Assembly (NCBI GenBank): GCA_025594325.1
Contig: JANHCV010000009.1
Span: forward strand, 620,001-684,000
DNA length: 64,000 nucleotides
Direction: 5' to 3'
Origin: Blastocladiella emersonii ATCC 22665
Lineage: Eukaryota; Fungi; Blastocladiomycota
Each line of letters begins with the position of its first letter. Position 1 is the stretch's first letter. The position numbers and the translations under genes were made by a program. The notes below the pieces were generated by a model. That model did not search any database and had not been told where the DNA came from. It saw nothing but the letters and a program-made list of their open reading frames with translations. Shown here piece after piece: positions 24,036-36,850 of the stretch.

Positions 24036-26344
24036 ATGCAATGTGAAATATCAACCTAATCTGCTTGCTCTTTAGCCCAATGTCCTTTCAGTCGTGGTGC
24101 AACTCGCCGCTCCGCGCTCCCAGGTGTGCGCCGCTTCCCGCGAGCTGTGTACGACGGCACGAACCGGACCCGTTGCTATCAGTTGGTTGAGCGGCAAGTT
24201 GCGTTGTCGGGGTGACCACATGTAGGCGCAACCCTTCCGTTCATACCCAAACGAGCTTGGCGTGACTTATGAGGGTCCTGTCAGGCATAATCGCAACCGG
24301 CTGGACCCGCGCAAATCCGACACTGCCGCAGCCGCCATGGCCGCGGTGACGCCCGTTCTCGCCGACCGATTCCTTGACCTTGCGCTGCCCTTGCTTCGTG
24401 ACCTCGCACATAGCGAGGAAATACTGCCAAACGTCATCGCCTCCGCCTTCGAAAGTCTGGAACCTACTCAACGCCGCCGATTTGTGATATTGAATAGATG
24501 CTTCAAGCACCCTCTCGCGTCGCTCGTTCAACTCCTCATCTTTTCTACTCGCCGACTGAACGCGCCCGACTATGGCCGCCTTCTCGAGCGCGTGTACGCG
24601 CGCTTCCCTCTACCTTTTTTCGGTCAAGCTCACGCTCAAGCATTGGGCCTCGCTTACACCTGGGTCCATCCGCCTGCTGGGCCCACTGTTCGCCAAAACG
24701 GACGTGGGTAGCTCAGATATGACTTTCGTCAACTTCCTCGGCGTATACGCTGCACTTCTTTGGGCCCGCAGATCATGGACGTGCTGCGGTCCGACGTGCG
24801 ATATGGTTTCCAGCACCAGCCTATCATCGAGCTGCTGCGCACCGCACCCATACTCGACCGGCTTTTCGAGGTACTGGTGGACGCTCGTCACGACGATCCG
24901 ACCAACGACGTGCTACGTATGCTTGACGTGGTTTTTGGCCGCAAGCGGGACTGGGTGGCGTCGTACATCACCGTTCTCGTGCAGCTTCAGTCGCCCATCG
25001 TCTTTCGTCGTGTCATGGGGCTCGCCAAAGATGCGATCAAAAACATGCATCACGACTTTCCGAGTCTTCTCCGCGATCCTAACAACGTGACAACCGATAC
25101 CATGATTACAGCGCTTGCCGACTACAACTTTATCAGCGACGACAGCTGGAGCAAGATATTGCTTAGCTCGCTCATCAACCCATATGGTGCTCGACAGTCC
25201 GATTTTTATCATGCGGCTTGTCCATCGTCAGGCGTCTGAGGTGCTACGGCGTGGTACGGTTGCAGTAGGCTGACTCGGTGTTCACTGACCATTAAGCTAA
25301 CTACTGAGTTGCTCGTATGTCTAGTTTTCATTGATGTCCTCCCATCGCGCAGATGGACCCTGCTTTCCAAGGTTCTCGCTCTGGCACACCAAAACCTCTC
25401 GTCCGACAACTTGTTCCAGTTCATCAAGAAATTGGTCCGTTATCTTCAGGACTACGCTGACGACGTCAACGAGAATCCCTGACCGCCCGACTGGAACGGC
25501 CTTGAAGACGAGGACAGCGACGAACACGATGATCCCGCACAGCGTGTGTGGGAGGACTTCGCGGCAATCTTCCACAGCAACCGGCTTCCCGACGGCGCGC
25601 TTTGGCCCATGTTCCTCCTCGCCAACGTCTTCATCTCGTACTTTGGCCCGCTCGAGTGCACCGCCCTCGCTTGGCTTCCCGTTGCGGTCCTGCGCGACCC
25701 GGCAACCCGCGACCGCGCGCGCGAGTTCATCCTGGCCGAAGGTACGGCACTGTTTCTTCTCGCGGCCATGGTCAACACGCAGCTCTGCAACGAGATGGGA
25801 GCCCACTACGTGATTCGCCTCACGCGGCTTCGGAAGGCGTGTCTCGAGTGCCACCTCTCGAACCAGCGCGTGTGGCTCGGCACGATGGCAGAGCTGATCC
25901 AGCTCGACCCCGCCGCGGTGCGTGCGCGGCATGCCGCCAGCGCTCAGCTACGCGATCCGCTGGGCGCTTTCTGACGTGCCGAATCTCGCCAAGCACGGCT
26001 TGCGCGACGCGCCGTGCCACGGCACGTGCGATACGATCAAGACGCCGATTCTCGCCATGGTGCGCCTGCTGCTTCGCGCCGATCTTGATGGGTTCCTGGA
26101 CGTCCTGACGGGCGGCGGGCCGGACGCGAGCTCCGTGCCCATCTGCATCTGGCGCGCGGTCGGCAAGGGCGCGCTCGACGGCATCAAGGACGCCGAGGGG
26201 ATCGCCGACTACGTGACCGACGTCTACGAGGTGATTGAGGGCGACGACCAGAACGCGCTCGTCCGCGAGATCTGGCGGGTCGCGCCCAAGGCCATGGCGA
26301 GCAGCGGGCACCTCAAGCTGGTTCCGACTCCCACCAACGATTAA
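24036..26344 (+). pseudogene. Orphan F-box-like family, tandem copy 2, degenerate
   Basis: VCAASRELC, CFKHPLASLVQLL, LPDGALWPMF and CHGTCD motifs are spread over several frames; stop at 24223-24225 and frameshifts near 24610, 24765 and 25970. Confidence 0.8.
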
Positions 26345-26651
26345 AGAGCTATTCCTGCAATACATTCGTCTTCTAGTTGACCTCGCGCTCCCAGTCCGCG
26401 GAGCTCGCCGCGACTCGGGCCGGATCACGCTCGTGTGGCGCTTCGTGTGGCGCGGCGCGAGGGCCACGTCATGGTGACCTAGTCCGACGGACACTTCGTC
26501 GATCGCAGCCCAACCACAACCTTACGCGCGAGTCGCTTCGCCCGTTTGCAACTCTGTTCAACGAGAGCGGAGTCGGTGCGGCGATGAAAAGGCGAGCGCG
26601 TCGCCCGCGCCGTTCCCGCTCTCCCCGTCCTTCAATCACCTAGACCTTGCA

Positions 26652-28945
26652 ATGAAATCTACGGCTCACTTGCAGCAACTCAACCTCAGCGCGCTTCCGG
26701 CCGAGATCACCACGTCCGTGCTGCAGCTCGCCGACTCGCGCTCGCTCGTCTGCGCCGCGTCGCGCGAGCTGTGCACCCTCGCGCGCACGGCCCCCGTCAC
26801 GCAGGTCTGGCTGCACCCGAACCTCCGCTGGGAGCTCCGCGAGCACTACGCGGGTATCTACTTTGAAGAGTTTCCCGCGTACCCGACCGACCTCGGGCTG
26901 TTCTACGAGTCGCTTGTCCGCAAGAACCGCGACCGCATCAACCCACCGGCGACCAACTATGCCACGGCTGCTATCGTCGCAGCGACGCCCGTGCTTGCCG
27001 AGCGGTTCCTTGATCTCGCGCTGCCCAAGCTTCACCTTGCTGGATCCGATCCCGACGCGCTGACGGATGCCGTCTTCGCCGCTTTCGAGGAGCTTCACTC
27101 GGCGTGCCGTGACCGGACCAGCGTGGTCAACTGCTTCAAGCACCCGCTCGCGTCGCTTGTGCAGCTGCTTGTTAATTGCACGCGCCGGCTCGGCGTGCCC
27201 GAGTACTCGCACCTCATCGACCTGGTCTGCTCGCGCTGTCCCGAACTCTTCGCTGTCGGGCTCACGCTGCGCAGCTGGATCGGGCTCACGTCCGCCTCGA
27301 TGCACCTCCTCGCCCAGCGCGTCCAAGCCGGCGACGACATTGACATCTCGCTCGTCGACTTTCTCGGATACTATGCCGCGCATCTCTGGGCGCCGCAGCT
27401 CATGGACGTGCTGCGCGCCGAGCCGCGGCTCGGTTTCCGGTACCAGTGGCTCGTCGAGCATCTGCGCGACAACGCCGTCCAGCTCTTCGAGGTCCTCGTC
27501 GATTCCAAGTCGGACGAGCCTGTCGACGACATCATCCGCATGCACCGCTTGATTTTCGGCGAAAGCTCGAGCGGCTTGCTGCCATTTGGGACCTTTTTTG
27601 CGCAGCTTCGGTCGCCGGCCGTCCTTCGCTATGCCCTCGCCCGCAGCAAGGGCGAGTTCTGCAAGTCGACGCTTTCGGATTGGGCGCAGGCTTACTCGGG
27701 CATCGTCCAGGGCACGCCCGAGCCGACCGAGGCCATGCTCGAAGCGCTCGACGAGAACGGGCTGGTCCGCGAGCACGACTGGGCGCACGTTCTTTGGCTC
27801 GCCATCAGGAAGCGGAGCAACGAGCCGGCGCGCCTCAAGTTTGTGGTCGAGCGGCTCGGTGATCGACTGGCCAAGGTCCTGCAGCGTGGTACGTTTCGGC
27901 GTACTGCTGTCCATGGCGTGCGTGATTCAGCGACTGACCCAGTCGAACCCTGCCGTATGTAGTGTTCATCCTCTCGCTGCCGCACAACAAGGGTCACGTT
28001 CCGACACCCCCTTCCGTGCTCGCCGTCGCCCATGCGCACCTTTCGGCCGACGCTTTCCGTCCCTTCATCGTCGAGCTGGCCGACGGCGTGAGCGATCTCG
28101 CTATCAGCGAGAAACCCGCCGTCGTGACTTGGCACGGCCAGCAGTTCCCCGACACCTCGTCCAACAAGCTCGCTCCCGCGGCCGCCAGCGCGGCCCTTGC
28201 CGCCATCTTCAGCAGCAACAAGCTTCCCGACGGCGCCCTCTGGCCCATGTTCGTCTTCGCCAACGCTTTCGTCTCGCGGTACGGCCCGCTCGAGTGCACC
28301 GCGCTCGCGTGGGTCCCCATCGCCGCGCTCCGCAACCCGCCGACGCGCGATCGCGCGCGCGAGCTCATCCGCGCCGAGGAAACGGCTTCTCTACTTCTCG
28401 CTTCGATGATTTACGCCCAGCTGCTCGACCACGTCGGGATCCACCCTGCCGTCCGCCTCACCTCGTTCCGCACCGCGTGCCGCTGCTGCGATCTGTCGAA
28501 CCAGCGCGTTTGGCTTCGCACGCTGGACGAGCTCATCGCCCTCGACCCGGCCGCCGTGCGTCACTTGCCGCTCAGTCTCGGCGCCGAGATCCGGACCACG
28601 TTCGCTGAGATCGAAGACCTCGCCCAGCTGGGCGCGCGCGACGAGCTGTGCCACGGCGCGTGCGAGACGGTCGTGGCGCCGATGCTCTCCGCAGTTCGGC
28701 TGCTGCTCAGCGCGGATCTCGCGGGCTTCCTCGACGTCTTGACGGGCGGCAAGGCGCACGGCCGCGCGGTGCCGTTTGCGGTCTGGCGCGCGGTTGATGA
28801 CGGTGCGCTTGATGGCGTGAAGTGCGCCATGTGGATCACGCAAACCGTGTCCGAGATCACCTTGGCGGAGGTGACCGGCACCTTGAGCGGCGGGGACGCT
28901 ATCGTGCAAGAGCTTCGCCGCATCGCGCCGCTGGCGATGGCATGA
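26652..28945 (+). CDS. Orphan F-box-like family, tandem copy 3, intact (join 26652-27888, 27963-28945; 739 aa)
   Basis: N-terminal LSALPAEITTSVLQLA is F-box-like; a GTACGT...CTGAC...TAG intron restores the frame. Confidence 0.8.
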
Positions 28946-29434
28946 ATCGACGTCCCCGAGCCAAGCGCGGCACAGGCTCATGAGTAACCTAACCCGCATT
29001 TTTGGAATAAATTGATCGTTTGCCTCAACTCTACTCTCGAGGTTCGAGTGTGTGTTTTTCCTGGCCTCCATCACGGCGGCACAACATGTGTAACCAGTCG
29101 AGCAGTCGGCGAGGCGACCGTCATGATAGAGCGCGAGGGCGAGCCGGGGTGGCGGGGCGACTCGTTGGCAAGGAAATGGACCTACCGCATCACGTGTTTT
29201 GTGCGACGCGACTCAAGGTTGGCTGAGCGCGTGAACAGCTCTTCCTTTGGCTTCGTTGAGACGCTGACCGTGGAGCGATCGGCAAGGAGCGCGACAAAGA
29301 CGGGTCAGGAGATGGCGTGGCAGCCGTGGGAACCGCGTGCAGTGAGCGAAGCGTCAGCCGCGCGTCAAAGGACGCATTACTCCCACGGCCCGAGCTCTCG
29401 CTCTCTCCGAATCCGCCCACTAGCAACGAATCGA

Positions 29435-31755
29435 ATGAACTACACTCAGCTAGGCCTTTATGACCTCCCAACCGAGCTGCTCATCACGGTCCTGCAGCTC
29501 GCCCACCCGAGCTCCACCGTGTGCGCCGCGGCGCGCGAGCTCTCAACCACGTCGCGCTGCGCAGCAGTCTTGAAGCAGTGGTTCCCGCCGCTGCTGCGCA
29601 AGGAAGTCGACGAGCCGTATGTGGAACTCTACCTCGCCGACCTTCCCGCGTACCCGTCAGACCTCGGCCTGTTCATCGAGTCACTGGTCGTGCGCTACCG
29701 CAACCGGCTCGGCGAGGATGGCGTTGGTGAGCTCACGGCGGCGACCATCACGTCAGCGGCGCCCGTGCTCGCCGACCGGCTGCTCGATCTGGTGCTTCCC
29801 AAACTGCACGCTACCGTCGACCCCGCTGTGCTCTCAGGCGCCGTCATCGAGGCGTTCCAGAATCTCTTCAACGCTGCTCGTGCGACGGCTTTCGTGAGTT
29901 GCCTCAAGCACCCGCTCGCGTCGCTCGTGCAGCTGCTGATCTATTCCACGCGCCGACTTGGTGCTGCCGAGTACGCGCGCGTAATCGAAGGCATCTCTGC
30001 TCGCTTCCCGCAAATCTTCTTGTTGAACCTCACGGTGCGCAGCTGGGTGTCCCTGACGCGCGGTTCGGTGAACTTGCTCGGCCAGTTCACCAACAACGAC
30101 GACGTTGGTGACGTGTCCATGACGCTCGCCAACTTCCTCGGGTACTACGCCGCACATCTCTGGGCGCCCAAGATCATCGACGTCCTGAACGCGAACCCGC
30201 GGCTCGAGTTCGAGCGCCAGCGGCTCGTCGAGACGCTGCGCACCGACAAGGGCATGGTGCAGCTGCTCACCGTGCTGGCGGATGGCGAGAGCAACGAACC
30301 GACGGACGACGCGATCCGCATGCTCGACTGGCTTCTCGGTCCCGTATGGTGCTGGTACTGGGAACGCGCCGTCTTTGGCAGTAAGCACCTCTTCGTCTGG
30401 CTCGCGCGGCTGCAGTCGGCCGCGGTGCTCCGCCACGCCATCGCGTGCAGCTGCACGCGTGCTGTCAGCGACATTTACATGAACGGGCCCGAGACGGGGT
30501 TCACGGCGATCCTGGGCGCCGACCAGGTGAGTTTCGAGGCGCTCAAGCTGTTCGACGACCAGCTCCGGTTTCATGAGACGACCTGGGCGACACGCTTGCG
30601 CGTCCAATACAGCAGCAGCAAGCTGCCGGACATCCAGGCCGTGATCAAGCAGATTGGTGACCGCTTGCCCGTCGTGCTCAAGAACGGTACGCCAACGTGC
30701 CCTTCAAACTCCCTCTGATCGCACTGACTCGGCGCTTTCTAGCCTTCCTCGACTCTCTGCCGCACAACAAGGGCGGCGCTCCATCCCCGCGCACGATCCT
30801 CGCGCTGGCCCACGCCCACCTCGCGCCTGACCAGCTGACCTCGCTCATCAGCGACCTGGCCGAGCAGATGCAGGACCTCGCCGTCCACGAGCACCCCGAG
30901 CGCGGCCTCGGCCAGTCCATGCCCGTGTTCGTCATCAAACGCGCGCCCGGGTCCGCTTCCGCCGCCCTCGCGGCCATCTTCAGCAGCACGAGCCTGCCCG
31001 CCGGCGCGCTGTGGCCCATGTTCCTCCTCGCCGCCGCCTTCATCTCCCGCTATGGCCCGCTCGAGTACCCGGCGCTCGCGTGGCTCCCCGTCGCCGCGCT
31101 GCACGACCCGGCGATGCGCGACCAAGCGCGCGAGCTCATCCGCAGCGAGAAGCTGGTGCCGCACTTCCTCGTGAGCATGCTCGTCGCGCAGCTCCGCGGC
31201 GTCGTCGGGACGCACGCGTCGGTCAAGCTCAGCGCGTTCCGCACCGCGTGCTTCAACTGCGCGCTGTGCGACCAGCAGGCGTGGGGCGCGACCGTCGCCG
31301 AGCTGCTCGCCATCGACGTGCACGCGGTGCGCAAGGTTACGCCCGGCGCGGCGGTCGCGATCCGCGAGCTCCTGGGGAAACGGTCGGACCTCGCCAATTT
31401 CGGCGCGCGCGACGCGCCGTGCCACGGGGCGTGCGAGACGGTCGCAAGGCCGGCGCTCGCGGTGGTCCGCCAGCTGCTGCGCGCGGATCTCGCGGGGTCC
31501 CTGGATGTGCTGGCGGGGACCGAGGCGCACGGCGGGTTGGTCCCGCTCTCGGTGTGGCGCGCGATCGATAAGGGCGCGCTCGACGGGGTCAAGGACGAGG
31601 ACTGGCTCGACGCGACGTACGAGATGGTCGTGGCGGCCGGGAAAGTCAAGCCGCGCCGGTTCTTGCGCGAGCTGCGGCGCGTCGCGCCCAAGTCGGTCGT
31701 GAGCGAGGACGATGAAGAGGCGGAGGAGCCGGTGACAGTGCCCGCGCACGAGTAA
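29435..31755 (+). CDS. Orphan F-box-like family, tandem copy 4, intact (join 29435-30686, 30743-31755; 754 aa)
   Basis: MNYTQLGLYDLPTELLITVLQLA start; same intron position and shared motifs as copy 3. Confidence 0.8.
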
Positions 31756-31997
31756 GTTTTTCCAAATTGCACATCTGACTTCATTGCGCTGCCGAGTGCT
31801 GTTCTGATGAGAGGAGTGATCCGAGTCCGCGGCTGGAGACGTTTCAGGTCGCGGTCGGTCGCGACCAGCAACCGCCAACGTGACGCCGACGCTGTCCCCT
31901 TCATCCCCCCTCTTCCCTTCACCCTCCTCGCAACGTAGCACACCCATGCAGCACACACGAAACTTGATGCAACTGCCTTAAACCCTCCACCTGCACC

Positions 31998-34519
31998 ATG
32001 AACCGCCGCCCCGCCGCCGCCGCCGCTGCCGCGCCCGCCGTGGACGCGGCCTTCCTGGCGCCCTTTGACCACGTCCCTGCGCCGGGCCAGCTGGTCCCGC
32101 GGCCGCCGTTCAGCGCGACGCTCGAGGACCTGCTCGTCGAGGAGGAGCTGTCGGCAGCCGACGCGGCCGCGCAGATGTCGGACGAGGACGACTACGCGGC
32201 GGCGCCGTTCATTGCCGAGGCCGACTACGCCAAGTGGTCCAAGCTGCCGCCCTTTGTCCCGTCTAAACCTATCAACCGCGCCGCGCTGCTGTCTTCCTCG
32301 AACGCGGCGCCGATGGGAGCAGCGGCTGACCCGCGCCGCCGCCCGGCCTCGGCGTCGGCCACGGTCGCCCCTCCGCAGCCACACGCGTTCCCGCCGCCGC
32401 CCGCGCAGGTCGTGGACGTGTCGTCGGCCGAGACGTCGCCGATGCACATGATGGTCGACCCCGCGCCGCCGATGCATCCACCGGCGCCCGTCGCACGGCT
32501 CCCGCCAGTCCCACCCGTGCGCCCCGCGCCGGTGCCGATCCAGACGACGTTCACGGCGATCCAGCCGATCGGGAACAGCACTGCGGGGATGCTCCCGCTC
32601 GCCGGGCCCGCGCCCATGGTGCCGCCGCCGCACATGCCGCCGAACGGCGGGTTCCTCGGGCTCAGCGCGATGCCGGGGATGCCCGGGATGCCGGGGATGC
32701 CGGGCGCCGCGTTCGGGGTCCCGATAATGGACCTGAACGCGAACGTGATCCACGCCGCCGCGCCGCCTCCCGCCGCCCTGTCCGAACCCGCGCCGGTCCC
32801 CGAACCTCTCCCGCCAGCGCCGCCAGCGCCGCCTGCGCTCCCGGCGCTCCCGGCGCTCCGCATGGCCGAGAACGGGATGCCGTACTCGATCATCACGCGG
32901 CAGCAGCACGCGCTGTACCTGGACCTGGACCGGCGCGCGGCGTTGGGCGAGCCGCTCGCGCCCGACGAGCTCGCCATCTTCGCGCCGCTGCGCCAGCTCG
33001 TAGACATGGAGCGCACCGCGTACCGCGACTGTATCCGCGGCAAGCTCGCCGCCATGGCCGACCGGTACGCGGCGGTCCACGAGGCCGTGGAGCCCATGTT
33101 GCTGGAGAGGGCGAGGGAGGCGATGAAGCGCGTGTTGCAGTATTCGGTACGTCTCTCTCTGCGGGATTCTGTGTCGCGACGAGCGCTCACCTCGCGCGAG
33201 TGTACTTGTAGCCAAAGTACACGACCCGCGGCGGATGGAACGCCCTGACCGTCGCCCCACCTCCCCCTCTGCCCTCCCCGCCGCCGCCGCTCACGACACT
33301 CGCCGCGGCGGTCCCGGAACCGCAGTTCGTCATGGACCGGTTCCGCGAGCTTGACGTCGACATCTCCATGGACGTGCGCCCGTACTGGTCCGCGACCGCG
33401 CTCCCCGTCGCCTCGCACGACGCGGTCCTCGCGGACCTCCTCACATCCAACCGCGCGCGCGTCGCCGTGACCTCGGGCACCCTCGCCGCGCTGACCTCCG
33501 CGTTCGCCGAGATCCACCTGTTCGGCGGGTGCCGCTCCGACTCGCTGTTCCCCGTCACCATCCGCCGCAACCCCGCCGGCGCGACAACGGCCAGCATCGA
33601 CAAACCCCTCCCAAACCCGCGCCCGACGCCTCGCTCGCTCGTCCGGCGGCACCTGCAGTCCGCGGTCCGCATGGCCGGCACGCTGACCCCCGGCGCGCCC
33701 GCCGTGTACCGCGCGTGGACGCCCGAGCCGGGTCTGACGGTCGCCGTCCGCGCGCGCGTCGACGGCGCGCACGGCGACCGCGTGAAAGTCAACGTCGAGT
33801 ACGCGGCGGAGCTCGGCCGCGAACACGTCCCGACGCCCGACCGCGCCAAGCTGTGGTGCCAGGCGTGGGTGCGTGGCGCGCCCGCGCTGCTCGCGCGCGT
33901 GCACCCGTTCTCGGGCCAGGTCGTGGGTGTCGAGCGGCCGGCGCACGAGGAGATCGCGGCGGCCGCGTTGCCGGGTGGCGACGCGAAGCTCGCGGTCGAT
34001 TTTTTGCGGCATGTGTTCGCCACGGTTCTCGCTCTCCCCGCAGGCGAGGACGAGCCCGTTGGGCACTACCTCCTGGCAACCAAGACCGGCTCACCCCGCG
34101 TCTTCGTGCTGCACGCGGGTGCGCGACCCGACGGGAGCGGCGCGTGCGACCTCGACATCTCCGCGGCGGCGCGCGCGGGCGTCGAAGTCGTCGTGCCGCC
34201 GCGGCCCGAGGACCGGATCGTTCCGCTCGAGTGGAACGGCGAGCCGGGGCAGGTGCCGGACACGTTCCCGCTGCCGCCGCTCGAGGGCAACGAGGCACCG
34301 GTGCAAGATGCCCCGGTGGCGGTGGAGGCGCCTGCCGCCGCTGCGAAGAGGAAGGCCAAGAAGAAGAACAAGGGCAAGAAGAAGGCCGCCGCGAAGGGCA
34401 CAGGGGCTGACGCTGGGCTCGCGGTCGCCGCGGCAGCAGCAGCAGCAGCCGCCGCCTCGGTGCCCGTGGTCGACGCGGCGGCGAGTATGGCGGAGCAGCT
34501 GCAGTACGACAGCGAGTAG
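31998..34519 (+). CDS. ICE2/NARG2-like protein (NARG2_C-type domain), one intron at about 33148-33210
   Basis: IDKPLP and KVNVEYAAELGREHVPTPDRAKLWCQAW...RVHPFSGQV resemble the ICE2 C-terminal blocks (YIDKPLP; K.EYQ..YG.E......LW...HI.AF); proline-rich N-terminus. Confidence 0.55.
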
Positions 34520-34614
34520 CAGTAGCGTGTGCGCGAACGGAACAGGTGGCAGGGTAAATATAAAACGATGAGAAAACGACAATGTGGAGGGGGCTAGACA
34601 AATGTGAGCTGAGC

Positions 34615-36850
34615 CTACGCGACGGGCAACTGTTCGAGCGGCAACGACGCCGCGGGCGCCGCCGCGGGTGCAGGTGTCGCGGCCGTGGACCCGTAGTAGT
34701 CCTGGCGCGACCACCGGTCCTCGGGGTAGTAGGCGGCGACGACGGTGCGGCCGCGGTACGCGCGCCCGGCAATGTTACGCATGGCCGTCTGGCAGTCGAA
34801 CTTGTCCTCGAAGGCGACAAACACCTGGACTAGCGCGGGCGGCGCGTCGGGCGACTCGGCGGGCCGCGGGATTACGACTTGCGAGATGCGCCCGTGCTGC
34901 GCGCACTCGTCGCGGACGTCGGCCAGGAGGTCTAGACAAGTCGGGGGTCAGTTCGCTGTCTCGCACGTAGTTCCCACAAGGAAGCGTACCCTCGTAGTCC
35001 TGCTGGTTCCGGATCTCCTCGAACGGCGCGAGGTTGAGGAGGAGCATGACGCGGGACAGCTCGCCGATCCCGCCGGCGCACGCGAGGGCCATGCCGAGGT
35101 TCCCGTTTGGCGCGGCGGCCGCACCACCGGGGTGGTCCATGGCGCCAGCGTCAGCGCGGGGCGCGGCGGCAGCGCGGCCGCTGGATCCGGCGCGCTGGAC
35201 GACGAGGCGGCGGTCGCCGATCTCCATGCCGTTGAGCGACTCGATGGCGACGTCGGCGATAGCCGAGTCCTCGAACTCGCAGAAGGCGTAGCCTTTCGAC
35301 TCGCGGCGCTCGTTGTCCATGATGAGGTTAAACGTGCGCAGCTCGCCAAAGGCCGCCAGGAGCTCGCGGACCTGGTCCTCCTGCAGGTTGCGTGGGATGC
35401 CGCCAATGAACAGCTTGTCCGGGTTGGTCGAGGCGACATTGCTGCCGCCGGCGGGGCCGAAGATGAGCGGCTCGTCGGCGCCGAGCGTCGGGACGTAGTC
35501 CTTGGGCCGCTTGATCTTGAGCGGGTTGCCGCCGTAGCTGACGCCGTCGAGGAACAGCGAGTGCGCGGCGTCGACGGGCTCGCGGAACTCGATGAAGGCG
35601 AAATTGCGCTCCCCACCAAACGACGCCGAGATGGCCGACGCGTTCCACCCGTTGCGCTCCATTTCGCGGTTGACGAAGGCGAGCAGGTCGGCCTCGGCCA
35701 CGTTGCGCGGCAGGTTGCCGAAGTAGATGCGGCGGGCCTGGCGGTCGCGCGTCATGAAGGGCGGCGGGCCGCGGTCGCCGCCGAGGTGCATGCGCTGCGA
35801 CTTGAGCGCGCCCATTTGCTCGAGCAGGTGGCCCGGCTGCATCTTGAGCACGGCCTTGTGCGAAGGGAGCAGGAAGTCGCCTGCACGCGGGGTGCGGGTT
35901 AGCTACGGACGGCAGACACGACGAGTAAGAGTAGACGGACCAGTCTCCTTGGCGGCCTCAGCGGGCGTGTTCTCGAACCCGGGTGGCGGCTGGTCCCACA
36001 GCTTGAGTCGGCGCGGGCGCTTGTCGAGCGGGACGGTGCCGGGCGGTGGGCTTGGCGACCGGTAGCGGCCGCCGGCGTGCGAGGACCCACCAAAGCTGTA
36101 GCCAAAGCCCTTGTCGCGGCCGAGCTCGGGCTCGTTGCGGCCGCCACGTCCACGCCCGCCGCCACCACCGCCGTGGCCTCCTCCCCAGTCATCGCGGGGA
36201 TAGTCGCGCGGGCCGCCGTAGCGGTCGCGGGACCGGGAGCGGCGGCGGTAGTCGTCGCGCTCGCGCGACCGGCGGCGGTGCGACCGGTCGTAGTCGCGGT
36301 CGCGGTCGCCGCCGCGGTCGTACCCGCTGCTGCGGTCCGAGTCGCGGTGGCGCGGGCGCTCGCGGTCGCCGCGGTCCCCACGGTCACGGTCGCCGCGGTC
36401 AGCGCGGTCGCCACGGTCGCTGCGCTCGGCGCGTTCGCGGTCTCGCGGCTCGGCGCGTTCACGCGGATCAGCACCACGGTCGCTGCGCTCGCGCGGGTCG
36501 CCACTGCGCTCAGTGCGTTCGCGGGGATCAGCGCCACGGTCGGTGCGTTCGCGGGGGTCACCGCCGCGTTCACGAGGGTCGCCGCCACGTTCACGGGGAT
36601 CACGCTCGCGCTCACGGTCGCGGTCGCTGCGCTCGTAGCCGCGTTCGCGGTCACCACGGTCGCCGCGGTCGGCGGTGCGGCTGGACCGCTCGCCGTTACC
36701 GCGGTCGTCGTCGCGGCGGGACCGCTTCCGGTCGCCCCCGTCGTCGTCGGTGCGGCCAGAGGCGGAGGCGTGCTCGGACATGGAGCGCTTGAGCAGGTTG
36801 CGCAGGCCCTCGGCCGAGGCCACGGGGTCGTAGCCTGGCGCGGCGGACAT
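34615..36850 (-). CDS. U2AF2: U2 snRNP auxiliary factor large subunit (RS/RD domain, ULM, RRM1, RRM2, UHM), two introns
   Basis: KLWDQPPPGFE ULM; RQARRIYFGNLP...NFAFIEFR...LKIKRPKDY; KLFIGGIP...SKGYAFCEF; C-terminal UHM VRDECAQHG...VFVAF...GRTVVAAYYPED. Confidence 0.95.

Noticed and set aside
36420-36640. 21-30-bp repeats (RERGGDP units) as a separate repeat element
   Set aside because: They are the low-complexity RD/RE region of the U2AF large subunit.
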